Below, piece by piece: positions 38,621-47,163 of a stretch of DNA of 64,000 bases. The DNA comes from Alphaproteobacteria bacterium (GTDB lineage Bacteria; Pseudomonadota; Alphaproteobacteria; MPNO01; UBA830). The position numbers and the translations under genes are program-made. Where the stretch lies: NCBI GenBank assembly GCA_965243135.1, contig OZ251539.1:3904001-3968000 (forward strand), read 5' to 3'. The stretch's first letter is position 1. Each line of letters begins with the position of its first letter. The notes under the pieces are model-generated. The model ran no database searches. It was not told the DNA's origin and was given only the letters and a program-made list of their open reading frames with translations.

Positions 38621-39431
38621 CGTCGGCCCCCGCCGCTACTGCGGGCGTGACTTCTCCGAGGACGAACTCGACCCGCACCTTGATCGGAAGGGGCGGCCTC
38701 ACCCGCCGGGCGTTGTCGCGGGAGGTCTGCCGGCTTCTCGACTGGCGCAAGCCCGACGGCGGCCTCAAGGACATGAGCGCGTGCGTCGCCATGCTGCGCA
38801 TGCACCGCGACGGCCGTCCTGCCGCCGCCAAGGCAAGCGCCGTCCGTCCGCTGTCCGCCCGTGCCCGGCCCCGCGACCGACCAGCCCCCGACCCCCGAAC
38901 GTCTCGCCGACGTCCAACCCGTCGTTCCCTGCCGGAACGCGAACGAAGGCCGCCTCTGGAACGAGTTCGTCGCTCGCTACCTCGGCCACTCGACGCTGCC
39001 CGGCGCGGCGCTACTTCGTCCGGGCCGCCGACGGCGAAGCCCTCGCCGTCCTCGGCTTCGGCGCCGCAGCCTGGAAGATCGCGCCGCGGGACAAGTGCGT
39101 CGGGTGGGATCCCGAAGCCCGCCGCCGCAACCTGCCGCTGGTGGTCAACAACGCCAGGGCCCTGCCCTGGGTCCGGATCAAGAACCTCGCATCCCATGTC
39201 CTCACCCTGGTCGAACGGCGCCTGCCCGACGACTGGGAGTCCCGCTACGCGCCGGTCCTGCTCGAGACCTTCTGCGAAACGCCGCGCTTCGAAGGAACCT
39301 GCTACCGGGCCGCCAGCAAGGTCGGCAAAACACAGGGCCGCGGCAGCACCCGGCGCGAACGCGCTCTCCCGGTCAAGGACATCTGGCTAAAGCCTCTGCG
39401 GCGGGACTGGAGGATGATCCTCAAAAAATAG
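38616..39431 (+). pseudogene. DUF4338 / DruA-like passenger gene, frameshifted
   Basis: RYCGRDFS, LSREVCRLLDWRKPDG, LWNEFVARY, LGFGAAAWKIAPRD..VGW, VVNNAR..LPWVRIKNLAS and PVLLETF...FEGTCYRAA; the stop lies inside the right IR. Confidence 0.8.
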
Positions 39432-39674
39432 ATCGTCACTTGACGAGCGAACGCTTACTGGATATGCGCCGGAAACCGTCGTCGCCGAGACACTCCAGGC
39501 GATCATCGCGTTGGGCCGCGTGAACAGCCGTATGAAAGACTATTTCGATCTGTGGATGCTCCTCCGGTCCTTCGATTTTCAAAGACCCCGGCTTGCAAAA
39601 GCAGTCTCGGCGACCTTTACGCGAAGGAGAACGTTCTTTTCGACGATAACTCTCAAGAACTCGCAGAACCGAGT

Positions 39675-40889
39675 TCAGCGCAAATGGCTTTCAATTTCTT
39701 TCAATTTTTTGACAGCGGATTCTGCGATACAGCCGGTCAGCTTTTCCCTCTCTTTTTTGTCCGCTAAAATCTTGATGTCATCCGGCTGAAGACCTGTCCC
39801 ATCGCGCCGCAAGACGCACCACCAAGGCCAGCCATTATCGGGCTTCTCTTTTTCGCCGAGTTTATTCTCAAGCCTCTTGCGGATTGCGTCATATTTCTCC
39901 TCGTTCTCATCCTTCTTGCAATATACGCCAACAACGAAACCATATCCCCTCGCAGCTTCAACGCCTAGCAAAGCATGTTTCTGGCCAAATGAATAATACA
40001 GACCGAACCACCCGGTATGCTCTATCGCATCTACAATTCTGTCCTCGGAAATGTCCGAGTAAGGAATACCCTTGTACTCTTTTACTGGACTCGTAAACGA
40101 ATGCTCTTCCAAGACTTTCCTTATCTTCTCCCACATTTCGTGCATCAGAGAAGCCTTGGCATACGGCAATGCCTCCGCCAAATTGTGAGCGACAAGAAGG
40201 TTGTTGTCCAGCAGCAAAATTTTCTTCAATTCTTTCATGAGTTCGCTCCTTCTATCATTGCCTGTCATCCTCTTTATCAGACGCAAATACTGTGCAATGG
40301 ACTCCCGCAGCTCGGGTTCGCCATGGGCCCGTTTGCGGCAACGCTCAAGCCAGGGGAGAATAGCCCCGTAAGAGATCGAAGTATATGCTTCATCACTGAG
40401 ACATTTGACGCTATCCTTGGAAGGATTGCGACCGTCGATCGCCAAGTACAGTATGTGTATGGCCTCTTTTTTATATCCTTGCTTAACTAAATTTTTATGG
40501 TACCTTTTCAGCTGTCCCTCCTGATCTCCAGCGTAGATTTTATTCTCGATCGCCAGAGCCTGTCCGCAATCGTTCGTGATCAGAATATCGATGTAGTCGC
40601 GTTCGCGCTCTACTTTCACGCCCTTGAGCGCGAAGTCGCGCAGCGGTCCGGAAGCGACTTTTTTCACGCATCCCATGAAGTCACGCAGATTCGCCGCCTC
40701 TTCCTCGCTCCGATGGCCCAGCAGAGCGGCCAGAAACCTGGAATGAAGGTTGACTTCGTCGCTCTCGCTACGCAGGACGGCAAACACGTTAAAAGGCTCC
40801 GGGCGCCCCGCTCCATAGCTCGCGTACAAAATGGCTGCGTCTTTCAACAGCAGTGCTGCCGACCCCAGCTGCGCCCGCTCGTCGTTCAT
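39675..40889 (-). CDS. PD-(D/E)XK nuclease superfamily protein (PDDEXK_4-like)
   Basis: FNVFAVL..ESDEVNLHSRFLAALL and ERDYIDILI...ALAIENKIYAGDQEGQLKRY. Confidence 0.85.
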   Translation of the reverse strand: MNDERAQLGSAALLLKDAAILYASYGAGRPEPFNVFAVLRSESDEVNLHSRFLAALLGHRSEEEAANLRDFMGCVKKVASGPLRDFALKGVKVERERDYIDILITNDCGQALAIENKIYAGDQEGQLKRYHKNLVKQGYKKEAIHILYLAIDGRNPSKDSVKCLSDEAYTSISYGAILPWLERCRKRAHGEPELRESIAQYLRLIKRMTGNDRRSELMKELKKILLLDNNLLVAHNLAEALPYAKASLMHEMWEKIRKVLEEHSFTSPVKEYKGIPYSDISEDRIVDAIEHTGWFGLYYSFGQKHALLGVEAARGYGFVVGVYCKKDENEEKYDAIRKRLENKLGEKEKPDNGWPWWCVLRRDGTGLQPDDIKILADKKEREKLTGCIAESAVKKLKEIESHLR

Positions 40890-41163
40890 CTTCCTTCTCG
40901 CGCCCTCACGTCGAAGCGACAATCGTTTCGAGCGTAGGCGCAGCGGATCCTTGCGTCAACCGCGGCGGGGATGTGAATCTATTTTTGCCAAACTCCTCTT
41001 GGGTCGGGTACGCCGAACGTTCTGTCGCGAGAGATTACCGAGATTGTCATCCAGCAGTGCATCCCCGGCCGCGAAGCCAACCTGCGGCAGACGAGACCAA
41101 GGTCCCACTCAAACGATCCAGAAAAGACCGGCATGTCAAAATGTCATGAATTGCGGCCGGCAC

Positions 41164-41501
41164 CTAGCGCGCCGCCCCGGCTCCGGCGAACCGATAGGAG
41201 ATCTTGCCCCGAGGCGCGCCAAAGTGCGAGAAATATCCCAAATCGACCGGACGAGACCTGACTTTCTGAATCGAAAAGCGCCGATCTGAATCGAAAAGCG
41301 CCGATCCTCGAAGAATCTGCGCCCGGTTTCGATGGCGTCCCGCTCGGTATCGAAGCACATGATGACTTCGCCGTCGCGCATCAACGCCGTTCGGCCGGCA
41401 TCGCTCTTGATGAGATTCGGCAGTACTTTCATGAAGGCCTCGTAATTCCGATCGACCTCCTGTTGCTGGCTATCGGCTGTCGTCAACCTCCTGGTTCCCA
41501 T
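41164..41501 (-). pseudogene. Small DUF5678-like protein frameshifted by a 20-bp tandem duplication
   Basis: GGAGG RBS; EVDRNYEAF...ALMRDGEVIMCFDTERDAI...RFSIQ. Removing one copy of CTGAATCGAAAAGCGCCGAT (41266-41285/41286-41305) joins it to KVRSRPVDLGYFSH. Confidence 0.65.
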
Positions 41502-42239
41502 GCCTCCCCTCCTTGTCTACGATCAAACACCTTTGATTTTAGTCCGCGAACGACGTCGAACGCACGATCATCATTACGTCTGATATTATCGGATCTAAAA
41601 ATCAATGGTGACAACGCTCCCTGCCCTGCTTCATCCTGCGCCCCTGCCGCGCAGGCGCCGAAGCCGTCTTGCATCCCGCAATCCTCGAGCGCGAGCGTGG
41701 TGCAACCGTCCTGTCGTCGGCGCGGCGGGCGGAGCGAGCGCAGGTTAGGGCCAAACGGCGAACCGATCACGGTCAGCGATCCCGCCAGCCTGCCGGGCGC
41801 TGATCGCAGACCGTCGGAGTTAGGCGACCTGCCGGCTGCCGTACCGCGCGCACCTACACGGCGACCGCGATATAGCATCTTTCCGGCAATTGCGCGACCA
41901 AGCAACGGATCGTGCTATCTTCACGGCATGGACTCCAAGGGTTCCCCACATGGCAAGGCCACCGTCGCCTTTGTGCGACTATGAACGCGGCTCCGGCCGC
42001 AGAGCGGAACAGCGACTGGAGTCCTGTCTCGGAAACGCGCATGCCTCGTGTGTCTGAGGCGAATCCTCGCTAGCGGTAACGCTGATTGCAAGCGTCCGCG
42101 CGGCTCTGTTAATCTGCTCTCTTGGACGCTATGCTTCAGAAATGCTGGTTGCCGAGGAGCGTTCGATGCGCCGATGCTCGCCCGGAAATCTCCAATCCGC
42201 GTCTCCCCCGGTCCCGCGGCTTGCGGCCGCGTCGCGCCC

Positions 42240-43130
42240 ATGAAGCCCGCCGACCGCGCCCCGTATTCCGCCATCGAGGACCGGCCGCCCCTCCGGCTGC
42301 CGGACGGCGGACGGATGATCCTCTGGCCGCTCATGTCGCTGGAGGTCTGGGACATCGACCGTCCCATGGCCCGCACCGTTCTGCCGCCGCCGCAGCACCA
42401 GCAGATGCTGCCCGACGTCCCGAACTGGTCGTGGCACGAATACGGCATGCGCGTGGGCTTCTGGCGCCTCCGGAAACTTCTCGACGAATTCGGCGTCCGG
42501 GCGACCGTCACGATGAACGGAAGAGCGTGCGAAGCCTACCCCCGCGTGCTCGAAGCCTGCCTCGCGTCGGGCTGGGAATTCAACGCCCATGCCTGGGAAC
42601 AGATCCCGATGCACAAGGTGGACGACCAGCGCGAGAGCATCCGCAGAACCGTCGAGGCGATCGAGGCCTTCGCGGGCTACCGGCCGCGCGGTTGGTTCGG
42701 ACCCGGACTCACGGAAACCTTCGACACCCTCGACTGCCTCGCCGAAGCCGGATTCGAATACGTCGGCGACTGGGCGTTCGACGACCAGCCCGTCCCGCTC
42801 CGGACCGCCCACGGCGACATCGTCGCGCTGCCCTACAATTTCGAGATACACGACATCGTCGTCTCGATGATCCAGACCATGCCGTCCCACGTCTACCGGG
42901 ACCGCGCGATCGATCATTTCGAGACGATCTACGCCGAGAGCGAGGAGTCCGCGCGGGTGATGTCCTTCGCCGTCCATCCCTATATTTCGGGAGCGGCGCA
43001 CCGCATCGCCCATATCCGGCAGATGCTCGAGCACATGCTCACGAAACCCGGCGTCGTCGTCCTGACCGGCGACCGCATCCTCGACTGGTACCGGGCGCAG
43101 ACCGGACCTTCCCAAGGAGAGACGGCATGA
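42240..43130 (+). CDS. Polysaccharide deacetylase / PuuE-like (CE4) hydrolase
   Basis: YSAIEDRPPLRLPDG, DVPNWSWHEYGMRVGFWR, PRGWFGPGLTET, DDQP and AVHPYISG. Confidence 0.85.
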   Translation: MKPADRAPYSAIEDRPPLRLPDGGRMILWPLMSLEVWDIDRPMARTVLPPPQHQQMLPDVPNWSWHEYGMRVGFWRLRKLLDEFGVRATVTMNGRACEAYPRVLEACLASGWEFNAHAWEQIPMHKVDDQRESIRRTVEAIEAFAGYRPRGWFGPGLTETFDTLDCLAEAGFEYVGDWAFDDQPVPLRTAHGDIVALPYNFEIHDIVVSMIQTMPSHVYRDRAIDHFETIYAESEESARVMSFAVHPYISGAAHRIAHIRQMLEHMLTKPGVVVLTGDRILDWYRAQTGPSQGETA

Positions 43131-43768
43131 AACTTCGCGCGGCGATCGCGGCCGCCCTTCTGGGCTTCGTGCCGGCGGGCGCCGGCGCCGAACCCGGCCC
43201 GCCCGTAGGGGCGGAGATCCCCCGCGACTTCTCGGCCCGCGATCAGTACGACCGGTTGCAGGACTTCCGGTCGCTCGCGCGCCGGCGCGGTCTCGTCATC
43301 ATGTTCACCCGCTCGCTCGACTGGTGAACGCACTGCAAGATCCAGGCGGTCGCCTGGAACCCCCGCGTCAAGGACTTCCACGCCCTCGGCTACAACGTCG
43401 TGATGATTACGAACGATCCCGTGCCGGTTCTGACGCGGTTCTCCGAAGCCGAATCGATTGGCTATCCGTTGCTGTCCGACGCCGGCAACGTGGTCATACC
43501 GGCCTTCGGCGTGGCGAACGAACGGTTTCCGAAGGGCAGCCCGTGGTACGGCGTCGCGCATCCGGTCATACTGGTCGTGGACGCGAAAGGCGTCGTCCGT
43601 CACCGGTTCCACGAGCCGGACTACAGGGAACGCCCCGACGCCGAAACCATCCTCAAGATCCTGAAACGGGAAAACGCTTCCGGCGACCGCGCCAAGAGGC
43701 GGCCCGCGAGCGCCGGTCCCTACCGGCCGGTGGTCAGCGCCACGATCTTCGCCGGAGTCACCGGATAG
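43127..43768 (+). CDS. Selenoprotein: exported peroxiredoxin-like (AhpC/TSA) protein with UxxC motif
   Basis: Signal peptide MKLRAAIAAALLGFVPAGAGA; FTRSLDW-TGA(43325-43327)-THCK continues in frame to YPLLSD...GVAHPVILVVDAKGVVR...YRERP; a SECIS-like hairpin follows. Confidence 0.88.
43342..43357 (+). promoter_or_regulatory. Bacterial SECIS element
   Basis: CCAGGC-GGUC-GCCUGG perfect 6-bp stem; the G-first apical loop starts 21 nt after the UGA. Confidence 0.8.
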
Positions 43769-46053
43769 TCGGTAATGCGCGCGCCGAACGGCTCGAGCGC
43801 GTCCTCGACGGCGGAAACGACGGCCGCCGCGGCCGGTATCGTCCCGGTTTCGCCGACGCCCTTGACCCCGAGCGGATTCAGCGGAGTCGGCGAACGCTCG
43901 TAGAAGAGTTCCGGCGCGACCAGTTCCGGCGCCGTCGGCATCGCGTACTCCCCGAAATTCGTCGTCAGCGGCTGGCCCTCCCGGTCGTAACCCATCCATT
44001 CGAACAGCGCGTTGCCGATGCCGTGGACCACGCCGCCTGCGACCTGTCCGTCCACCATCATCGGGTTGACCAGCGTGCCGCAGTCGCTGACCACGACGTA
44101 GCGTCGAAGCGTCACCGCGCCGGTGTCGGGATCGACCTCGACCTCCACCGCGTGCGTGCCGCTGGAGTAGGTCAACGCCTCCGGTTTGAAATGCCTGCTC
44201 GCTTCGAGGCCGGGATCGATTCCGCCCGGCATCGAATAGCCCGGCGCGCCGGAGCACGCCTCCGCCACCTCCTTCATCGTCACCGACACGTCGGATCCCT
44301 TGACCCGCACCCGGCCGCCGGAAATTTCCAGATCCTCGACCGCCGCCTCCAGAAGGTGGGCCGCCATCTTCAGGATTTTGGCCCGAACCTCCTCCGAGGC
44401 CAGATGCACCGAGGATCCCGCCGTGACCGTCTGGCGGCTCGCGAAACCGCCGAGACCGAGCGCGATCGCGTCGGTGTCGCCGCACGTCACGTCGATATCC
44501 CCGACTTCCGCGCCAAGCTGCGCCGCCGTGACCTGAGCCAGCATGGTCTTGAGCCCCTGCCCCATCGCCAGCGCCCCGGTGAACACCCGCACCTTGCCTG
44601 AACGCTCGATGCGCACGGTTCCCGATTCGAAGGGTCCGCGCCCGGTTCCCTTGAGGCTGTTCGCGACGCCGATCCCGAGATACCGCCCTTCCGCTCGCGC
44701 GGCCGCCTTGCGGGCTGCAAAACCCCCGTAATCGATGCGCTCGAGCGCGATCCGCTGGCACCGCGGAAAATCCCCGCTGTCGGGCATGACCGGCGTGCCG
44801 GCCCGCGTCTTCAGGGGCGATTCGTAGGGCATCCGGTCTCCGGGTATCAGATTGCGGCGGCGTATCTCGGCGCGGTCGATACCGAGACCCCGGGCGGCGA
44901 GGTCGAGCAGACGCTCCATCACGTAGTTTCCCTGCGGGTAGCCGGCGCCCCGCACCGGCGCCGCCGCGACGGAGTTGGTCTCGACCACATGCACGTCGAG
45001 CCTGTAGGACGGCACGATGTACGGACCCGGCACGCTGGTCGAAGCGTTGTAGGCGAGATTGATCCCCTGCGGCGTATAGGCGCCCTGGTCGTTGAGCATG
45101 GTTCCGCGGATGCCGAGCACGCGGCCCTCGGCATCGACCGCGATTTCCACGGTCCAGTCCTGTTCGCGCTCCTGGATCGCCGAGGTGAAGTGCTCGCTTC
45201 GATCCTCGATCCACTTCACGGGGGCGTCGAGAAGCTTGGCGGCCAGCGCCACCGCCACCTCTTCGCAATAGGCTATGTACTTGGAACCGAAGCCGCCGCC
45301 GACATCGGGCGCGGCGACGCGGATGCGGCCTTCGTCGATTCCCATCACCCGCACGATGGCCGAGCGCACCTCGTGCGACATTTGCGTCGACGACCACAAG
45401 GTAAGGCGATCGTCGGGACGGTCGTAGCGGCCGACCGCGCCCCGCCCCTCGATCGGGTGCGCGCCGCCCCGATGCTGGACGAAGCGGTCCCCGAACACGC
45501 GGGCCGCCGCGTCGAACGCCGCGTCGATGTCGCCGTAGGACTGATGCAACCGCACCAGCACATTGTCCGCGCGCCCCCGGCGAACCGACGGCGCCCCTTC
45601 GGCGAACGCGGACGCGCTGCCGGCCACCGAGGGCAAAGGTTCGTAATCGGCCTCGACAAGCCGCGCTGCGTCCTCGGCCAGATACCGGCTGTCCGCGATC
45701 ACCATCGCGACCGCTTCCCCGACATGACGGACCTCGCCGTCCGCGAGCAGTCGGGGCGTCACGTCGGAGGGCAGATTCTTCGACGGAAACTGCAGCGGCA
45801 GTCTGGTCTCCGCGACGTGCGGCAGGAAGTCGTCCAGGGTATATACGGCCCGAACGCCGGGCAGGACGCGGGCCGCGGCGGCGTCGACCCCGTGGAAGAG
45901 GGCATGCGGATGCGGGCTGCGAACGAAGGCGGCGTGCAGCATGCCGGCAAGATGGATGTCGTCGACGAACAGGCCCCGCCCGCGCAGGAGCGGGGGATCT
46001 TCCGTCCGCGCGATGCGCTCGCCGATCAGGGCACCGCCCTCCGACCGACGCAT
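43720..46053 (-). CDS. Xanthine dehydrogenase-family molybdopterin-binding large subunit (CoxL-like, not a form I CODH)
   Basis: REDPPLLRGRG-like N-terminus (RTEDPPLLRGRG), DVGGGFGSK, active-site loop PVRGAG, GQGLKT, GGFASR and NPLGVKGVGE. Confidence 0.9.
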   Translation of the reverse strand: MRRSEGGALIGERIARTEDPPLLRGRGLFVDDIHLAGMLHAAFVRSPHPHALFHGVDAAAARVLPGVRAVYTLDDFLPHVAETRLPLQFPSKNLPSDVTPRLLADGEVRHVGEAVAMVIADSRYLAEDAARLVEADYEPLPSVAGSASAFAEGAPSVRRGRADNVLVRLHQSYGDIDAAFDAAARVFGDRFVQHRGGAHPIEGRGAVGRYDRPDDRLTLWSSTQMSHEVRSAIVRVMGIDEGRIRVAAPDVGGGFGSKYIAYCEEVAVALAAKLLDAPVKWIEDRSEHFTSAIQEREQDWTVEIAVDAEGRVLGIRGTMLNDQGAYTPQGINLAYNASTSVPGPYIVPSYRLDVHVVETNSVAAAPVRGAGYPQGNYVMERLLDLAARGLGIDRAEIRRRNLIPGDRMPYESPLKTRAGTPVMPDSGDFPRCQRIALERIDYGGFAARKAAARAEGRYLGIGVANSLKGTGRGPFESGTVRIERSGKVRVFTGALAMGQGLKTMLAQVTAAQLGAEVGDIDVTCGDTDAIALGLGGFASRQTVTAGSSVHLASEEVRAKILKMAAHLLEAAVEDLEISGGRVRVKGSDVSVTMKEVAEACSGAPGYSMPGGIDPGLEASRHFKPEALTYSSGTHAVEVEVDPDTGAVTLRRYVVVSDCGTLVNPMMVDGQVAGGVVHGIGNALFEWMGYDREGQPLTTNFGEYAMPTAPELVAPELFYERSPTPLNPLGVKGVGETGTIPAAAAVVSAVEDALEPFGARITDYPVTPAKIVALTTGR

Positions 46054-46619
46054 GCGTTGCGGAACGCGAGGCGGCGTTCCGTCAAATTCCAGTTGCGGGC
46101 GAAAGCGGCGGGCGGACCCGGACTCACCCGCACCCACAGGAATCTGGGCCCCGCCGCTTCTGCGAGAAAGCGCCGTGCGTCGCCGAACGCCGCGGAACTC
46201 TCCAGCGTCATGACGGACGGAAACCCGGCGCCTTCGGCCATGACGGCGAGGTTGGTTCGCCGCGCTGTATGGCCCGGCTGCCCGCCCGTTTCGCCGTGCA
46301 TGCCGTTGTCGATGCAGACGACGGTCAGGTTGCCGGGCATCGCCGAGGCGACGGTCGCCAGCGCGCCGGCGCTCATCAACAGTTCGCCGTCGCCGGTGAT
46401 CACCGCGACGCTTCTTTCCTGAACCGTCAACGCCACGCCGAGCCCCATGGGCACCGCGGCACCCATCGCGCCGCCGAGCGCGAACAGGTTGTCGCCCTCT
46501 TCCGTAAGGGCCGCCGCGTCCCGCGCGGAACCTGCAAGGCCCGCGACGAAAAGATGGGCTTCAGGTTCGGGAAACAGCGCTTCCAGGACTTCGCGGCGAT
46601 CGAGAAGGGAGGGAGTCAT
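46026..46619 (-). CDS. TPP-dependent decarboxylase beta subunit (ComE/phosphonopyruvate decarboxylase-like)
   Basis: GGAMGAAVPMGLGVAL, ITGDGELLM (TPP motif) and DNGMHGETGGQ. Confidence 0.82.
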   Translation of the reverse strand: MTPSLLDRREVLEALFPEPEAHLFVAGLAGSARDAAALTEEGDNLFALGGAMGAAVPMGLGVALTVQERSVAVITGDGELLMSAGALATVASAMPGNLTVVCIDNGMHGETGGQPGHTARRTNLAVMAEGAGFPSVMTLESSAAFGDARRFLAEAAGPRFLWVRVSPGPPAAFARNWNLTERRLAFRNACVGRRAVP

Positions 46620-46621
46620 TC

Positions 46622-47161
46622 TCAGAAAGCCTTCGCGCCGAGAAACTTCTGAGACAACACCAACGCCGCAGCCCGGCCGGCCTTGAAAACGGCGGAAATC
46701 GCCGCCGCGACGGCGTCCTCGATCTCGTCGGTGCGCTCCACGCGGACAGGCTGGACGCCCATCGCCCGAAGGACGGGCTCGACCGCCTGTCCCATCGGAT
46801 ACTGCCACGGGTTCTGCTCTCCGTGGTCGCCGCGCATGGTGACGATCATCAGCAACGGAAAGCATCCGGCCAACGACAGCATGTTGACGCAATTCCCGAC
46901 GCCGGAAGATTGCATCAACAGGACGGCGCGGCCGCCCGCCAGGTCGGCGCCGGCGCACAAGGCGACGCCCTCCTCTTCGCTGGACAGCAGTACCGGCCGC
47001 GTCGCGTCGCTCGCCTCCGCCAGTTCGACAAGCGCGGCGTTGCCCGCGTCGGGGACGTAGGCGAACAGCGAAACCCCGGCCTCCGCGAGGAGGTCGAAGA
47101 CCAGTTCGGACCAGTTTCCGCCCCCGGCTCGCGGAACCGCTCGCTCGGACCGCTCCGGCAC
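46622..47161 (-). CDS. TPP-dependent decarboxylase alpha subunit (ComD-like)
   Basis: AYVPDAG, SSEEEGVALCAGA, LMQSSGVGNCVN and MRGDHGEQNPWQYPMG; probable GTG start. Confidence 0.82.
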   Translation of the reverse strand: MPERSERAVPRAGGGNWSELVFDLLAEAGVSLFAYVPDAGNAALVELAEASDATRPVLLSSEEEGVALCAGADLAGGRAVLLMQSSGVGNCVNMLSLAGCFPLLMIVTMRGDHGEQNPWQYPMGQAVEPVLRAMGVQPVRVERTDEIEDAVAAAISAVFKAGRAAALVLSQKFLGAKAF

Positions 47162-47163
47162 CG

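Larger units (their letters stand above)
36776..39458. mobile_element. IS66-family insertion sequence (no tnpA/tnpB, ISBst12-like) with a passenger gene
   Basis: Terminal IR GTAAGCGTTCGCTCGTCAAGTGACG is perfect for 25 bp and extends to 41 bp with 2 mismatches; 8-bp target duplication TGGATATG at 36768-36775 and 39459-39466. Confidence 0.93.
36283..39640 (+). pseudogene. abiEii: AbiEii nucleotidyltransferase toxin, frameshifted and split by an IS66-family element
   Basis: SVRARLL, LLYRL..S....FVLEGAML, YGGLRV, IGFGD and YPVLL.MPAPRLLGY before the IS; YAPETVVAE..AIIALGRVNSRMKDYFDLW after it; 3' end truncated. Confidence 0.85.

Noticed and set aside
38616-39431. Druantia defence system
   Set aside because: Only a DruA-like domain inside an IS; no DruE helicase or other dru genes.
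43720-46053. Aerobic CO dehydrogenase
   Set aside because: It lacks the AYxCSFR motif of form I CoxL, and coxM/coxS are not adjacent.
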